From Octopus sinensis (lineage: Eukaryota), in the NCBI RefSeq assembly GCF_006345805.1, contig NC_043004.1:59954001-60018000 (forward strand): a stretch of DNA of 64,000 bases. Direction: 5' to 3'. The notes under the pieces were generated by a model. The model was not told the origin of the DNA. It saw only the letters and a list, made by a program, of their open reading frames with translations, and made no database searches. A program made the position numbers and the translations under genes. Below, one piece after another: positions 25,799 through 39,328 of this stretch (positions are counted from its first letter, which is position 1; the number at the start of each line of letters is the position of its first letter).

Positions 25799-26633
25799 AT
25801 ACATATATATATACACAAAAAATGCTTAGAGTTCTTAAACTCAAGGCGTTACAATATTTCTAATGTATTTTGTACTCTATGTCAAACTAATAGAATTCCA
25901 TTTCAAGTTATAACATTGCTTTTAAGGTTTAAAGGGCCGAGATCTTTTGTATTGAATATACAGATTTCAAGTTGAAATAATACATTTTGTTGGTTTCAAA
26001 ATAACTATGATTTGGCTTGCACTCCTTCAAAATATATTGAACAGTTCAAAGGGTTAAAAATAAAGCTTTATTGATAATCACCTCAGTCAAATAAAAATAG
26101 AGGTGAACATAACAGGTTTGAACCACCGCTCTCTACAATGAAATCCGTAACATCAGTAACGTTGTTAAGATAGGAATCTCGGAAAGTGGATTAGTCTCTT
26201 CCTAAAATAAGAAAATGAATCCATTACCTGATTAGTTTGGAAGCTGATACATAGGAAGATAAATATTACACATATAAATGATATATATATATATGTGTGT
26301 GTTGATACATACGTGCAAACATATATACACCACAGTTACTCACACACGTATTCGTACGTACGAGCTTATGTGTGTGTGTTATTGGTTGCTTGTATTTTAG
26401 CTGACATGAAGTGTTTTTACACATTTGTGCGCGTCGATCTATCAAGGTCACGACAGCATTCTTTCTAATAATGTTGCTTTCCGTTTCACTGTAAACTGTG
26501 TATGAAAGTGTGAGTGTGTGTATGTATGTATGTATGTATATATTTTTCTCTCTCTCTCTCTATCTCTCTCTCTGTATATAGATATAGTGAAACATAGCAC
26601 GATAGATACACACATACATACATATATACTTAC

Positions 26634-26736
<103 letters not shown>

Positions 26737-27038
26737 GAGGAGGTGCAATGGCCCAGTGTTAGGGCAGCGGACTCGCGGTTGTAGGATCGCGGTTTCGATT
26801 ACCAGACCGGGCGTTGTGTGTGTTTATTGAGCGAAAACACCTAAACCTCCACGAGGCTCCGGCAGGGGGTGGTGGCGATCGCTGCTGTACTCTTTCGCTA
26901 CAACTTTCTCTCACTCATTCATCTGTTAGCCTGCTCGCTTAGCCAGCGGGGTGGTTTCATTTGAAGGCTAAAACAATGCGAAGCGCATTGTGACCAGCGA
27001 TGTGTAGCAACATCTGATATCGTGGTCGGTCACGGTGA
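26737..27038 (+). mobile_element. tRNA-derived SINE family C
   Basis: Head TGGCCCAGTGTTAG...GGTTTCGATTACC (A/B boxes) and a GC-rich body between (TG)n and (TA)n; the head is related to family D. Confidence 0.75.
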
Positions 27039-27151
27039 TATATATATTTATATATACCTCTTTTTATATCTCTCCCCTTTTCTATTTCTCTCGCATACAT
27101 ATTCACTTACACGCAACACAAAATAGCTATTTGCAAATTAAGCAAATCAAT

Positions 27152-27505
27152 AGTCGCAGGAGTGGCTGTGTGGTAAGTAGCTTGCTTACCAACCATATGG
27201 TTCCGGGTTCAGTCCCACTGCGTGGCACCTTGGGGAAAATGTTTTGTATTATAGCCTCGGGCCGACCAAAGCCTTGTGAGCGGATTTGGTTATATATATA
27301 TATATATAACACGGACACACAAACAACCCCCCATATATATATATATATAACATCGCTTGACAAACTAGCGGTTCGACAAAAGAGACCAATAGAATAAGTA
27401 CTAGGCTTACAAAGAATAATTCCTGCGGTCGACTTGCTCGACTAAACGCGGTGCTCCAGCATGGCCATAATCAAATGACTGAGACAAGTAAAAGAGTAAA
27501 GAGTA
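27152..27505 (+). mobile_element. SINE family B with rearranged (inverted and deleted) centre
   Basis: Head and tail match family B; the centre carries ACACGGACACACAAAC, the reverse complement of the consensus GTTTGTGTGTCTGTGT. Confidence 0.85.
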
Positions 27506-28201
27506 ATACACTCCTACTTCTCAATGTCATCACTGAAGATGCTCAAATGTTCAGCGAATCAAGTGAAGGCGGTTTTTCGAATGAAACCAGTGTTCAGTAT
27601 GAATATAATACTCACATTTAAAACGCACATAGAGTATTATTCACAAGGTATCTCATGGTATTATTTGATGTTTTCGTAATATTTCATCTCTGTAGCACCT
27701 CTTCAGATGAAAAAGTTGCTACTTGTTTGGTGATTCGATATTTTGCTCTTTTTTTCCAACTAGTAGATATTCTCGTATAATACACTGGAGGTACACGATA
27801 TAGCATTGGATGAACTATAGACGTGGACAATTAAATAGAGGTGTAGAGGTCGTCGCTGCAAAAATTGACACGAGAATGAAATTGTGATAATAGACAATAG
27901 GTGTGAAGAACATTTATTTGAGTTATGGATACCACATTAGACGTCACGTAATAGGATTTGAACCTCAGATCCAGTGTCCATTGCTGATGAAATGCTTTTT
28001 AACCTGACTCAATGACGCAATTGATGATGCTGCAATGTACTTATACAAACTCATCCTATAGGAAGAATACCACTCCCTATAAATGTACTGCTGCGAAGAC
28101 CTTTCCATAGTGGAATATACACAAACGTGCTTCGTGTTGCCTCCTGTCCGTATGATTCCACATAAAGTCTCACCGTCTGGAAGCTTCGAAAAGAAATTTC
28201 C

Positions 28202-28285
28202 CAACAACTACAAGGCTTACTTGTAACTGTTCAACAGTTTAGTGATGGCATTAGGAGGGAATTTGGCATCGATAATTGCGCCAAA
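28202..28285 (+). pseudogene. Short RT fragment of an R4/Dong-like (RLE) non-LTR element
   Basis: QQLQGLLVTVQQFSDGIRREFGIDNCAK resembles the L..V..FS.DI.M.FG.DKCA motif downstream of the catalytic DD. Confidence 0.6.
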
Positions 28286-28342
28286 AATACCTCTATCAGA
28301 AGAAGAATGATAGAAACATTTAACGTTAATCGTGAGCAGCAA

Positions 28343-28351
28343 ATAATAATA

Positions 28352-28405
<54 letters not shown>

Positions 28406-28409
28406 TAAC

Positions 28410-28450
<41 letters not shown>

Positions 28451-28479
28451 TAATGATGATTATGATGATGATGATGATG

Positions 28480-28521
<42 letters not shown>

Positions 28522-28805
28522 TTAATAATAATAATAATAATTTTTTTTTTCTTTTTAAATTAAAAATTTTTTTTTAGACAATCATTAGTACAACACCAAA
28601 AACTCCCCCCCCCCAAACAACAACATGAACTTCCAACCTGTTGTCTCTTGAGGTCTCTGGGTGAGACTTGGAGCCAACTTGTACAAATATAAAGCAAAAC
28701 TCAAACATAGAATAATGATAATAATAATAATAATAATAATGATAATAATAATGATAATAATAATAATAATATAATAATATAATAATAATAATGATAATGA
28801 TAATA

Positions 28806-28836
<31 letters not shown>

Positions 28837-29022
28837 TATAATAATAATAATGATAATGATAATAATTATAATAATAATAATATAATAATAATGATAATAA
28901 TAATATGAAGATTATAATAATAATGATAATAATAATAATAATATATAATATATATAATAATAATAATAATAATAATATAATCATAATAATAATAATATAT
29001 AATAATATAATAATATCATGAT

Positions 29023-29056
<34 letters not shown>

Positions 29057-29073
29057 TGATAATAATAATAGTA

Positions 29074-29110
<37 letters not shown>
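28343..29110. repeat. (AAT)n arrays interrupted by a ~150-bp unique insert (possible 3' UTR of a TAA-targeting retroelement)
   Basis: Arrays directly visible; the insert at 28575-28712 ends in AAT repeats. Confidence 0.85.
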
Positions 29111-29111
<1 letters not shown>

Positions 29112-29322
29112 GCTTCGATCTTTCTAAAAGGGCGGCAGCTTTCGCGGGAGGGGATGTGTCGATTACAGTCACACCAGTGTTTCACTGGTACTTAATTTAT
29201 CGACCCCAAAAGGACGAAAAGCAAAGTCGTCATTGGGGGAATTTGAACTCAAATCGTAGCGACGGGCGAAATAGCTTTAAGTATTTTGTCCAGCGCGCTA
29301 ACGAGTCTTCCATCTCGCCGCC
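29111..29322 (-). mobile_element. SINE family A, alternative-tail subfamily
   Basis: Reverse complement of the family A head and body; the tail runs into (TTA)n. Confidence 0.8.
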
Positions 29323-29370
29323 ATTAATAATAGCAGTAATAATAACAACAACAACAACAAATAAAAATAA

Positions 29371-29599
29371 TCCTTTCTATTATAGACACAATGTTTCAAA
29401 TTTTGCCACAATTGCAGCAGTTTAGTGGGGGAGGGGTATACGTCGATTACATCGACCCCAGTACTCTACTGCTACTTAATTCAACGACCCGAAAGGATGG
29501 AAGTCGTGCTCGGCAGAATTTGAACTCAGAACGTAGCGACAGGCGAAATACCGCTGTGCAATTTGTCCAGTTTGCTAGCGATTCTGCCAGCTCTCCGCC
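29371..29599 (-). mobile_element. SINE family A, alternative-tail subfamily
   Basis: GAATTTGAACTCAGAACGTAGCGAC...CTGCCAGCTC.CCGCC; tail TTCAAATTTTG.CACA shared with 37335 and 57138. Confidence 0.8.
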
Positions 29600-29631
29600 T
29601 TAATTATAATAATGATGATGATGATAATAAT

Positions 29632-29695
<64 letters not shown>

Positions 29696-30354
29696 GGACA
29701 ATGGAAGAAGAAGAAGAAGAAGAAAGAAGAATAAGAAGAAGAGAAGAAGAGAAGAGAAGAAGAAGAGAAGAAGAAGAAGAAGAAGAGAAGAAGAAGAAGA
29801 AGAAGAAGAAAAGAAGAAGAAAAGAAGAAGAAGAAGAAACAAGAACAGCAGCAATAATAATACTGATAATGATAGAAATAATGACACTAATGATAATAAT
29901 ACCAACCGTGAAATTTGTTATGTTCTCTGATACAAGGGCTCACACACACATTCACATAGACGCCTATTGATATGTAGAGAGAGACACTCAAATATATTGG
30001 GATATAAATCGCAATAGAGTCATATATTTGTGTACTCAACATACACAAAGAATTCACAATGTATCGGAGTACTTATTTTTTAATTTTTGTACATATTTAT
30101 TATTATTCTTTTGCAAAAAACAATGCAATTTTCTTTTTCCTCTTTCTCACTTTAAAAAAAAAATTTACCATACAATTCTTGAAAAGTCACATTATGACGA
30201 AGACCGGTTTCAATTAATATATATTTATATATTTTATCAATTTCTCATTTCATTAAAATTTTCTTCCAATTTAGAATTCTGCATTTTTACAATTTTTCCT
30301 TGCTTATCATTTCTCCACGTGCGGTCAACACAACCCCACCATATATTGATCTAC

Positions 30355-30394
<40 letters not shown>

Positions 30395-30396
<2 letters not shown>

Positions 30397-30769
30397 TCTT
30401 TTACTCTTTTACTTGTTTCAGTCATTTTGACTGCGGCCGTGCTGGAACACCGCCTTTAGTCGAGCAACTCGACCCCGGGACTTATTCTTTGTAAGCCCAG
30501 TACTTATTCTATCGGTCTCTTTTGCCGAACCGCTAAGTGCCGGGCACATAAACACACCACCATCGGTTGTCAAGCAATGCTAGGGGGACAAACACAGACA
30601 ACAAACATACACGCAAACATATATATATACATATATACGACGGGCTTCTTTCAGTTTCCGTCTACCAAATCCACTCACAAGGCATTGGTCGGCCAGAGGC
30701 TATAGTAGAAGACACTTGGGACTGAACCCAGAACCATGTGGTTCGTAAGCAAGCTACTTACCACACAGC
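30395..30769 (-). mobile_element. SINE family B (small deletion in head)
   Basis: High identity to the 20841 and 38954 copies. Confidence 0.9.
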
Positions 30770-32048
30770 GAGAAAAAGAAAGAGAGAGAGGGAGAGTGAT
30801 AGGCAGACACAGAGAAAGAAAGACAGAGATAGAGAAAGGTGGAAAGCGAATGAGAGAGAGAAGGTTAGGTAGATTTTGTATACGTGTATATCAGTATACG
30901 CCACGCAAATGTATATGCTTCTCTGTGAGGAGGCCGAGGGGATATGTGTGGGTCTGGAAGATGTATACATACATAAAGGGAGCGAAAATATGCATGCATG
31001 TGTGAGAATGAATGTCATTATGTGAATATGCTTTCATAGCTTCGAAAATACACCGGAATGTGTGCCTGCATCCCTGTATGCGAACGTATGCATAATAAAT
31101 ACATGTTGATAGACACAAATACGTGAATTCCGTTACTCTATAAGTTGTAGTATTCACAAATTCTCTGTGAAGTATTTGCAGTGCTGCTTGTGTGAAGAGA
31201 TTGCGGAAGTCAGCTTTCAGACCGTATTCAATGTTTTAACTGAAATGAATACTAAACAGTTATCAATGGCTGAATTTTGCTTTCATTTCTGTTCGATAAT
31301 GAAAGTAGAGGAATACCGTTTTGTTTAACAACTATCTATTGAAGTGAATTGCTTGATTTGTATGGATGTATATTCATACCTGAATATATAAAACACACAC
31401 AAGCACACATATACATATATACACATATATACACAAACATACAAGCGCATACGTGCATCTATCTATATATGTATACATATATAATACATGAGCATATATA
31501 TTTATATATATATGTATGTATATATATATATATACATATATATATATTTATATATATATGTATGTATATATATATATACAATATATATATTTATATATAT
31601 ATGTAGTATGTATATATACATATATTATATATATATATATATATATAGTATGTATATGTATGTATATATAGCATATATAATATTCATGAACAAGCCATAT
31701 TTTTATTCACCTGTCCTCACAATATATACTTGTATGCAGCGTGTGAAGGTGCATTTATAGGTTTGAATGTTAGTAATTACGTATTCATGCGTGTATAGAT
31801 GTATATAACAACCTGAACTACTCGCCAAAAATGTATTTAACAATTCTATATTTACTTAATTATATTTACTCTAAAATGGATGGTATCTATTATTTCAGTC
31901 TATCAATCTCTCTATCTATCTATCGATCTATCAGTTTAGTTATCTATCCATGTACTAACTATATTCAAACTACCTATGTAACTACTTTTATATCTATATA
32001 AGCGTGTCTCTTTCTCTGTGTGTCCCTGTGTCGATGCACGCGCGCGTG

Positions 32049-32091
<43 letters not shown>

Positions 32092-32379
32092 TGTGTGTCT
32101 ACGTGTTGTCTTGATTTTATATTTTCTATCACGATAATATTTTTCTAAAAGACGCATATAATACGTACATACCAAGTTGCAAAGTGAATCCCGAACAATA
32201 ATTTTCGTGTATGGTGCTTAACAGTCCCTCGGACCCTGAATCATTTTCATTTTCAGTCGATCAAAAATATATAATATATATTATATATATATATTATATA
32301 TACACGTGTATATCACTGCACACACACATACAGACACCACACACACACACACACACCCATATGTATATATATATATATA

Positions 32380-32411
<32 letters not shown>

Positions 32412-32444
32412 ATAATTTTTTATAACTTTATAATTTTATAATTT

Positions 32445-32497
<53 letters not shown>

Positions 32498-32737
32498 TAA
32501 ATGCTCACACACACGCACATACAGACATATACATGCTCAAACACCAGCAGATACACATAAACATCATGTCACTTCTGAAGTCTCTCGTGAGAGGTTCGGC
32601 TGGCATGTGATCCATTACAATTTGCTTCATGGTTGGGTCGCCGGTGACTAAGCCGTTTCTGATGCGATGCTTTTTAGTGGGCAGGGTTGCTAGAAACCCA
32701 TCAGGACTGAAGGTAGGACCTATGGAAAGGATGGCTG

Positions 32738-32797
32738 AACCTCGGCGGAAATTGAACTCAGAACGTAGCGATGGGTGAAATACCGCTAAGCATTTCG
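32738..32797 (-). mobile_element. SINE family A fragment
   Basis: ACCTCGGCGGAAATTGAACTCAGAACGTAGCG...GAAATACCGCTAAGCATTTCG. Confidence 0.75.
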
Positions 32798-32904
32798 TAA
32801 TAATCATAATGATAATCAATAGTCTGCGCGTGTTTTGTGTATTCATTCAGACAGGTTTAATTTTAAGCACGAAAATATTACCGAACCAAACGGAAGTCTA
32901 TATA

Positions 32905-34164
32905 TTACGTTTGGCCACTAAGTTCCCGCCGTTTTTTTTTTTAATTTAAAATTTTTAAACGGTTTATTAAAAAATAACAACTAATTAATCAATAATGTAT
33001 TCACCCTTTTTTTACAACTTCCCACCGTTCAACAAGATTTTCAATACCTGCTTGTAGAAATCATCCGCCCGATTTCGACTCGAAAAATTGATCCAACCAA
33101 ACTCTCAATTCTGCATCAGTATTGAACGAAGCTCTGCGCATAGCATTTGAAAGAAATCGAAAGAGGTGGAAATCCTTTGGTGCCACATCAGGACAGTACA
33201 GCAGGTGTGGCAGCACTTCTCAGCCATGCGTTTGAAAGATTTCCTTAGTCATATTGGCAACATGATGGCGGGCGTTATCGTGCAGCAGAAGAACTCCATG
33301 CTGACGATTAGGTCTTTTCTCTTATATAGCCGTGTTGAGTCGTTCCATCTGTTGAACATAGAGTTCCGCGTTGACCGTTTGGTTCCGTTCAAGCAATTCC
33401 TAATGTGCAATCCCTTCCCAGCCCCACCATACGTATAACATCATTTTACGCGGATTTAGATCTTGTTTCATGCGGGGTATCGCTTGTTTACTGGGGCTAA
33501 GCCATTCCTTACGCTGCTTCATATTGATGCACCGGCACCATTTTATGTCGCCAGTAACGATTCGGTAAAAGAATCGTTGCTTGTGTCCATGAGCTAAGCG
33601 GTGACGAGCTAGCAAACCAGCGGAGATTGTGGCTCGTTGATTTTTCTTGTTACTTAAACCATGCAGAATCCATGCACCATACTTCTGAAACTTTCCAATC
33701 AAGTGAAGATGCTTCTCTGTAGCAGTGTGGGAGTATTCCATAGTCTGTGCCAGTTCCCTTGTCGTTTGACGAGAATTTTCGGGCAAAAGTTGGTTTAATC
33801 GCTCTTCATCGAACACAACTGGGCAGCCAGAACGAGGTGTGTCTTTGAGGCCAAAATTCCCATTTTTGAACTTGGCATATTAATCACGAGCGTTTTTTCA
33901 GGTATGGCACCCTCTCCATACACAGCACAAATGTCGCAAGCAGATTTTGCGGCCTTAGAACCTTGATTAAAAGCACAAAGAAGGAGGTGTCGAAAAAACT
34001 CGTTTTTCTTAACTTGACATTCCATTTTAATGATCTGAAAATAAACAACAATTAACTAAAATTAACTAGAAAAAATAGATTCCAAAATTATTCAAAAATA
34101 GAATTCTCGGAAGAAAATAGATTCCAAAATTTAAAAAAAGGCGAGAACTTAGCTGACAATCATA
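32905..34164 (-). mobile_element. Mariner transposon (mellifera-like), near full length, decayed
   Basis: Degenerate TIRs (...CTAAGTTC(C/T)CGCC.TTTTT) at both ends, in TA context. Confidence 0.88.
32985..34025 (-). pseudogene. Mariner transposase pseudogene
   Basis: MECQVKKNEFFRHLLL..., GAWILH (WVPH), IVTGDIKW, HDNARHH, CPDVAPKDFHLF, GEYIID*; several frameshifts and stops. Confidence 0.9.
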
Positions 34165-34259
34165 TATACATGTATTATATAACGCTAAGTAAGAGCTTTA
34201 CAAAAATGAATAGTTTTGATATTTCTGAGCCTAATTATTTCTTCAAAAGCTTAGGTATT

Positions 34260-34520
34260 TACGCGGGTCGGCCTAAAACTTCATTGCCTGACCAAGATAT
34301 TCCCATGGAATGAGGTATATTTTTCAACATAGGCATACATGCAGCCCACAAACGTCTTCCATTTTTGTTGCTGAAAAAGCTTGCTTCTTATTGGTTCAAA
34401 AAGACATCAACAGCATATATGATGTTACCATCACTGTGATACTGATTCCCAGCCATGTGTTATCTTTTACATTTTGAGGAAACGATGATTGGCAAATAGG
34501 GTCAAATTAGGAAATACCTT
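34260..34520 (-). mobile_element. Highly decayed mariner 3'-end fragment related to the 50185 element
   Basis: TACGCGGGTCGGCCTAAAACTTCATTGCCTGACC resembles TIR TACGAGAGTGGGCCGAAAAGTTCATAGGCTGACC; shared TATTTTTCAACATAG and CTTCCAT. Confidence 0.55.
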
Positions 34521-35277
34521 GTAGAAATTTTAAAAAAAACACAGGTAGAAGAGAGCAATGAAATATTCCCTAAAATATTTGCTTTCTATTAAATCATGTA
34601 GAAAATGGCGACAAGTAAATGGCGAATGTTACTCGAAAGAGAATGACGTTTCAGACATACTTTATGACAACTATCTTTCCCGAACGTCCAACAGAAATAA
34701 CGTTAGTCTTATCTCTATGCTCTGTCTGCCTCACAGAAATCCTTGAAAACTATATAAGATTTATCTTGCCAATTATAAAGTGTTATCCGTGTAGCGAAAA
34801 CAAACGATAATGTACTTCCTACAAGCATCTTCCATTTACAGTACCAAATATTGAATGTTTTACTGAACTCAAGAGATAGCCAATTCTGACGTCTTCCTTT
34901 CTTTCCTGTTTTGTTTTTGATTAACTCGTGCAGGTTAACCATCCAAAGATATACAGTAACTGCACAATCGATTTCCCATTCTGTTTTCTAGACAAAATGC
35001 TAATACAAATCACCTCGTTATTGAATGGGTTCATCAACAGTTTTCGATAATCCTAACGAAGTTACAGAAACAAGGGTAAATCTGTTATTTCTATTTGAGA
35101 AGTTTTGCCTTTTTTCTCCCCACTACTGAATATCATTTTTCTATCGCCTTATTGTTGCCCAATAATCCCCGTAAGCAAAACATAAATGCAAGCTTCTCTA
35201 TACAAATTCATTTGAGACCTATTGAAAGTCGAAAAATTTTTAAATTATTAACATTAGAATATATATGTATGAATATG

Positions 35278-35382
<105 letters not shown>

Positions 35383-37334
35383 TATATTACACCATTCCTA
35401 TGAAACTAAGCATAATGTAATATGGCTGTGTAAATTTCTTTACGTATAAATGCCTGTTAACCTGCTTATATATAATCTGCTTAGAATGATCATCCATCAT
35501 CAGGAAATTTCCCCATGTGTGTTTTAACACTTTAATGTTATGTTTATTTGCTAGGGTGATAGCATGAAAGAGAATGGAAAGAAAGAGCGGAAGGAAAGAC
35601 GGCGAAAGGAAAGTGGTCGCGAATGAAAATACGTTGACACACACACACCTCACACATACGCACACACAAGCACCATAACATAGCAAAACACACAATCTCT
35701 ACATAAACACGCAAGCACACGTAAATGCATTTTTCTTGTGACTACATCCCTGACTAGAATTGTGAATATGTATTTATGTATGTATTTATATGTGTGTGTG
35801 TGTGTACTCAAAAGACAGAGCAATGAAGGGCGTAGAGAAAGAGTTGTGGATAGTGAAAATATATGGGAGCAGCAAGAAAATACAGAACATGTCAATGCAA
35901 GTGTTAAAACGACTATGGTAAATGATGGCGGATTAAATGCTTATTCCTCGCTTTTGTAGATGGAACATTATGGAAATAAAATGTTTCCGATTTGGTAATA
36001 ATATGTCCCTGACTTCAAACACGTCATCTTTTTCGATGTCTTCAGAAGCAAATAGATTATACAGGAGCAAATATTTCAAACGTTGTGCGTTTATGTATTC
36101 AGCATGCGCTACGAGGTTTACTTAAAGAGGTATATATCCAATAAAAATGTGAATACTAATGGGCAGAATAATTGTTGTTTTCATTAAGAGTTACTACATC
36201 AAGAATAGTATAGTCCAAAACAAGTCAATGAATGCATTTGAACGCAGAAAATTGATTTGTCTGATATAGCTACTCTTAAACACAACGCAACTTTTGTTTT
36301 TCCTTTTATTTAAAGGGCAGGATAATCTATTTCTGTTCTATAGTAAATGATCACGTATGGAACGCCTGTGATTTTATATCTGCCTAATGAGAATTGACCG
36401 AGGGCTAAACTGCACGAAAGTGGTGAGAATAGCTTGCTGCTTAAATGAATGCAGAAAGTGAAGAATAAAAAGAATTTACCGTAGTATTTGGGATATATTA
36501 CCACTATATTTCACTAGAATCTTATGAGTATCCTTCTCTCAATAAAAAATCCTATGACCCGAAATATCGTCAATTTTTTTCCTTTCCTTCTATTAACTGC
36601 ATTTTTATAAACTTCTGGATGTTCCTCAGGTGCAGGCAACCTGCAGTCTATTTTAAATTTAGAATTTTGCTATTTCAGCTTTTTCACGGAATCAAATACG
36701 AGAAATCTTTTATTTCCGCGTCGATCTTTAAGTTCTTTTTCAGAAGAAACTCCCGAGGCATTTTATAACATTTTATAATCGGAGAAAGGAATATAGACGC
36801 AGGAATTTAATTTTTTAATGCCTCCGAGACAAGCAAAAAGAGAGAAGTTTATCCTAGCAACCTAGCAACAGTGACTTCTGTTTGTAACAGAGTGAGATTT
36901 GGTAATCGGTGAGGTCCGTAACCCAAGAATTCAAGGGTAACATACCAGAACACACACTGTAGTAATATAACTGGTGCGCTAACAATTCTCTAATAAACAG
37001 ACATAGAGTGGTAATTTATTACATCATACTCGAAACAATAAAAAGGTACTGTATTGTCTCAGTTGAATATAAAAATTCATTGCCGAGAAACGGCAAAATT
37101 AAAAAGAAAAGAATCTGAAATTCCTTTAAACACAAATCTAGCGATTCAGCAGACAGATCGAAGCTTTTTGTGACTTCACTGCACAATTCTAACTGCATTG
37201 GCTTGTAAGAAACTATACTTTCGCGTTTTCACTTTCCCTTCGTGGTCCAGCCTCTTATGCCTGAAAGGAAAATAAATCTGTTGAAATTTCAAAAGCGGTA
37301 ACTAATGGATTGCTAAAACAACAACAATAATAAT

Positions 37335-37503
37335 TGCTTCAAATTTTGGCACAGAGCCAGAAAATTCTGGGGTGGGAGATGGTTGATGACTCCAGTCTTC
37401 AACTGGTACTTAGGATAGAAAGTAAAGTCAATCTCATCGGAATTTGAACTCAGAACGTAAAGCCGACAAAATTCCACCAGGCGCTTATCTAGCGTGCTTA
37501 CGA
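37335..37503 (-). mobile_element. SINE family A (alternative tail), diverged
   Basis: GGAATTTGAACTCAGAACGTAA plus TTCAAATTTTGGCACA tail. Confidence 0.7.
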
Positions 37504-37814
37504 AAAATTAATATGTACTAAGGTTTTGCCGCATCTTGCTGATTGAAAGTTCCACACAAAGTTTTAATTTGGAAAGTACAGGTGTTAAATATATGTTAGA
37601 CGAGTGAACAACTGTGGCCTTTCATTTGGAGACTAAGATCGGACGATACGTTCTACTTCTTGTGCGATGTGATCCTCATGTCAAGGCCTAATTTTCTTCT
37701 TATAGAATGTGTATACCGCCTCGGGTGATCTAATGTATGTGCCATATATTAGCTCACTGCCTCCGTCAAATAATCATTGCTTGGACAGGTGGACGGTGTA
37801 CCACGCATCAGGTG

Positions 37815-37946
37815 TCGAAGTGATCGCAAAGTAACGTGAGATGAAATGTTTTCTAAAGAACACAACGCACAGCGTGGTCTAGGAATTCAAAACACCGTCT
37901 TGCGATCATGTGTGCAACACCCCAAACACAAGGCCATGTGACTTCA
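37815..37946 (-). mobile_element. tRNA-derived SINE family D head, diverged
   Basis: Related heads at 38775-38872 (-) and 42335-42455 (-) (CCAGGAATCGAAATC, reverse complement of the B box); a related body is at 49946-50184 (+). Confidence 0.6.
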
Positions 37947-38563
37947 TAATAATAATAATAATAATACAATGATACAATTTATTTATTTCTCGCAGTAATT
38001 CAAACAGAATTCGAAAAGATTAAAATCAATGGGAAAAAACATGAACATGAAAAATGTGGTCTCCTACTATGAGCATAGATTTATTTCTAATAGAAATATT
38101 TCTAGTTACTTTGTTTGTGTTGGCTTTATTGTCTTGACTCGACCATTTGCTTTATTTGAACTTGATATTGTATCTGCTTTTCTCGGAATATTTTAGATAC
38201 AAACCCTGATATTATAGATTTCCAATATTTACCTCCTTTAATTACGTAAAAATAATTTCTTTTCTGCTCCAAATACGGCGAAACTTCAAAACATTGTGCA
38301 TCAATTTGTTTTTACTGCAATAATAACTTGTTTCGTGTTCATTTCTTCTGTCATTTAAATGAACCTGTGAAAGGGTCTCTTGTGATATATCTTCTGGCGT
38401 GCACCAAGATTTTCGATGATAAAATTTGCTAAACGTGTCTATGTCAAGTGCTCAGTGATACAACGGATGATAATACACCTAGCAACAATCCAACCACGCA
38501 TGCATATACATAAACAAGGAGAAAGATTTTTCCCGAGTCATATAAACTCCTAGTTTTCTTTGT

Positions 38564-38724
38564 TTCTGAGTGAGAATTATCAGAAGCCATTTATAAGAAA
38601 CTATGGAAATCTTTGTTGTCAGACGTAGCAGTTATAGCACGTGTTTCTGTTCAGTAAGAGCTTCCGAAAATCGATCCTTGATGGAAATAAATAGCAATAT
38701 GCTAGAAATGTCGATGTGTAACCA
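38564..38724 (+). repeat. Left copy of a ~160-bp inverted repeat pair (partner 40332-40494)
   Basis: Aligns by eye at roughly 85-90% with the reverse complement of 40332-40494. Confidence 0.9.
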
Positions 38725-38774
38725 TTGTATAGTTGATCATTATTCCAAGCTTACTGAAACACGGCAAACTGAAA

Positions 38775-38872
38775 CGAACTGTTTAGCGAAATGTGTCGTC
38801 ACTCCAGGAATCGAAATCACAATCTTACGGTCACGAACTCAACACATTAAATACTAAGCCACACACCTCCAC
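38775..38872 (-). mobile_element. SINE family D head, diverged
   Basis: CCAGGAATCGAAATCACAATCTTACGGTCACGA...ACTAAGCCAC. Confidence 0.6.
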
Positions 38873-38953
38873 ATAAATATTCATACATAAAATCATACAT
38901 GCATACATACTACATGCACGCACACACATACAAGACACATACATACATACATA

Positions 38954-39328
38954 TTTCAGTGATTTGACTGCGGCCATGCTGGAGCACCGCCTTTAGTCGA
39001 GCAAATCGACCCCAGGACTTATTCTTTGTAAGCCCAGTACTTATTCTATCGGTCTCTTTTGCCGAACCGCTAATGACGGGGACGTAAACACACCAGCATC
39101 GGTTGTCAAGCAATGCTAGGGGGACAAACACAGACATACAAACACACACATATATATATACATATATACGACAGGCTTCTTTCAGTTTCCGTCTACCAAA
39201 TCCACTCACAAGGCATTGGTCGGCCCGGGGCTATAGCAGAAGACACTTGCCCAAGATGCCACGCAGTGGGACTGAACCCGGAACCATGTGGTTGGTTAGC
39301 AAGCTACTTATCACACAGCCACTCCTGC
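38954..39328 (-). mobile_element. SINE family B, young copy
   Basis: Near-identical to 20841-21232. Confidence 0.9.

Noticed and set aside
26737-26815. tRNA gene
   Set aside because: The A/B boxes belong to a SINE head; no complete cloverleaf or terminator. The same applies to the family A, B and D heads.
36846-36872. Tandem CCTAGCAAC (RFX-like half sites)
   Set aside because: Short motif with no independent evidence of a promoter; may be part of an old transposon.
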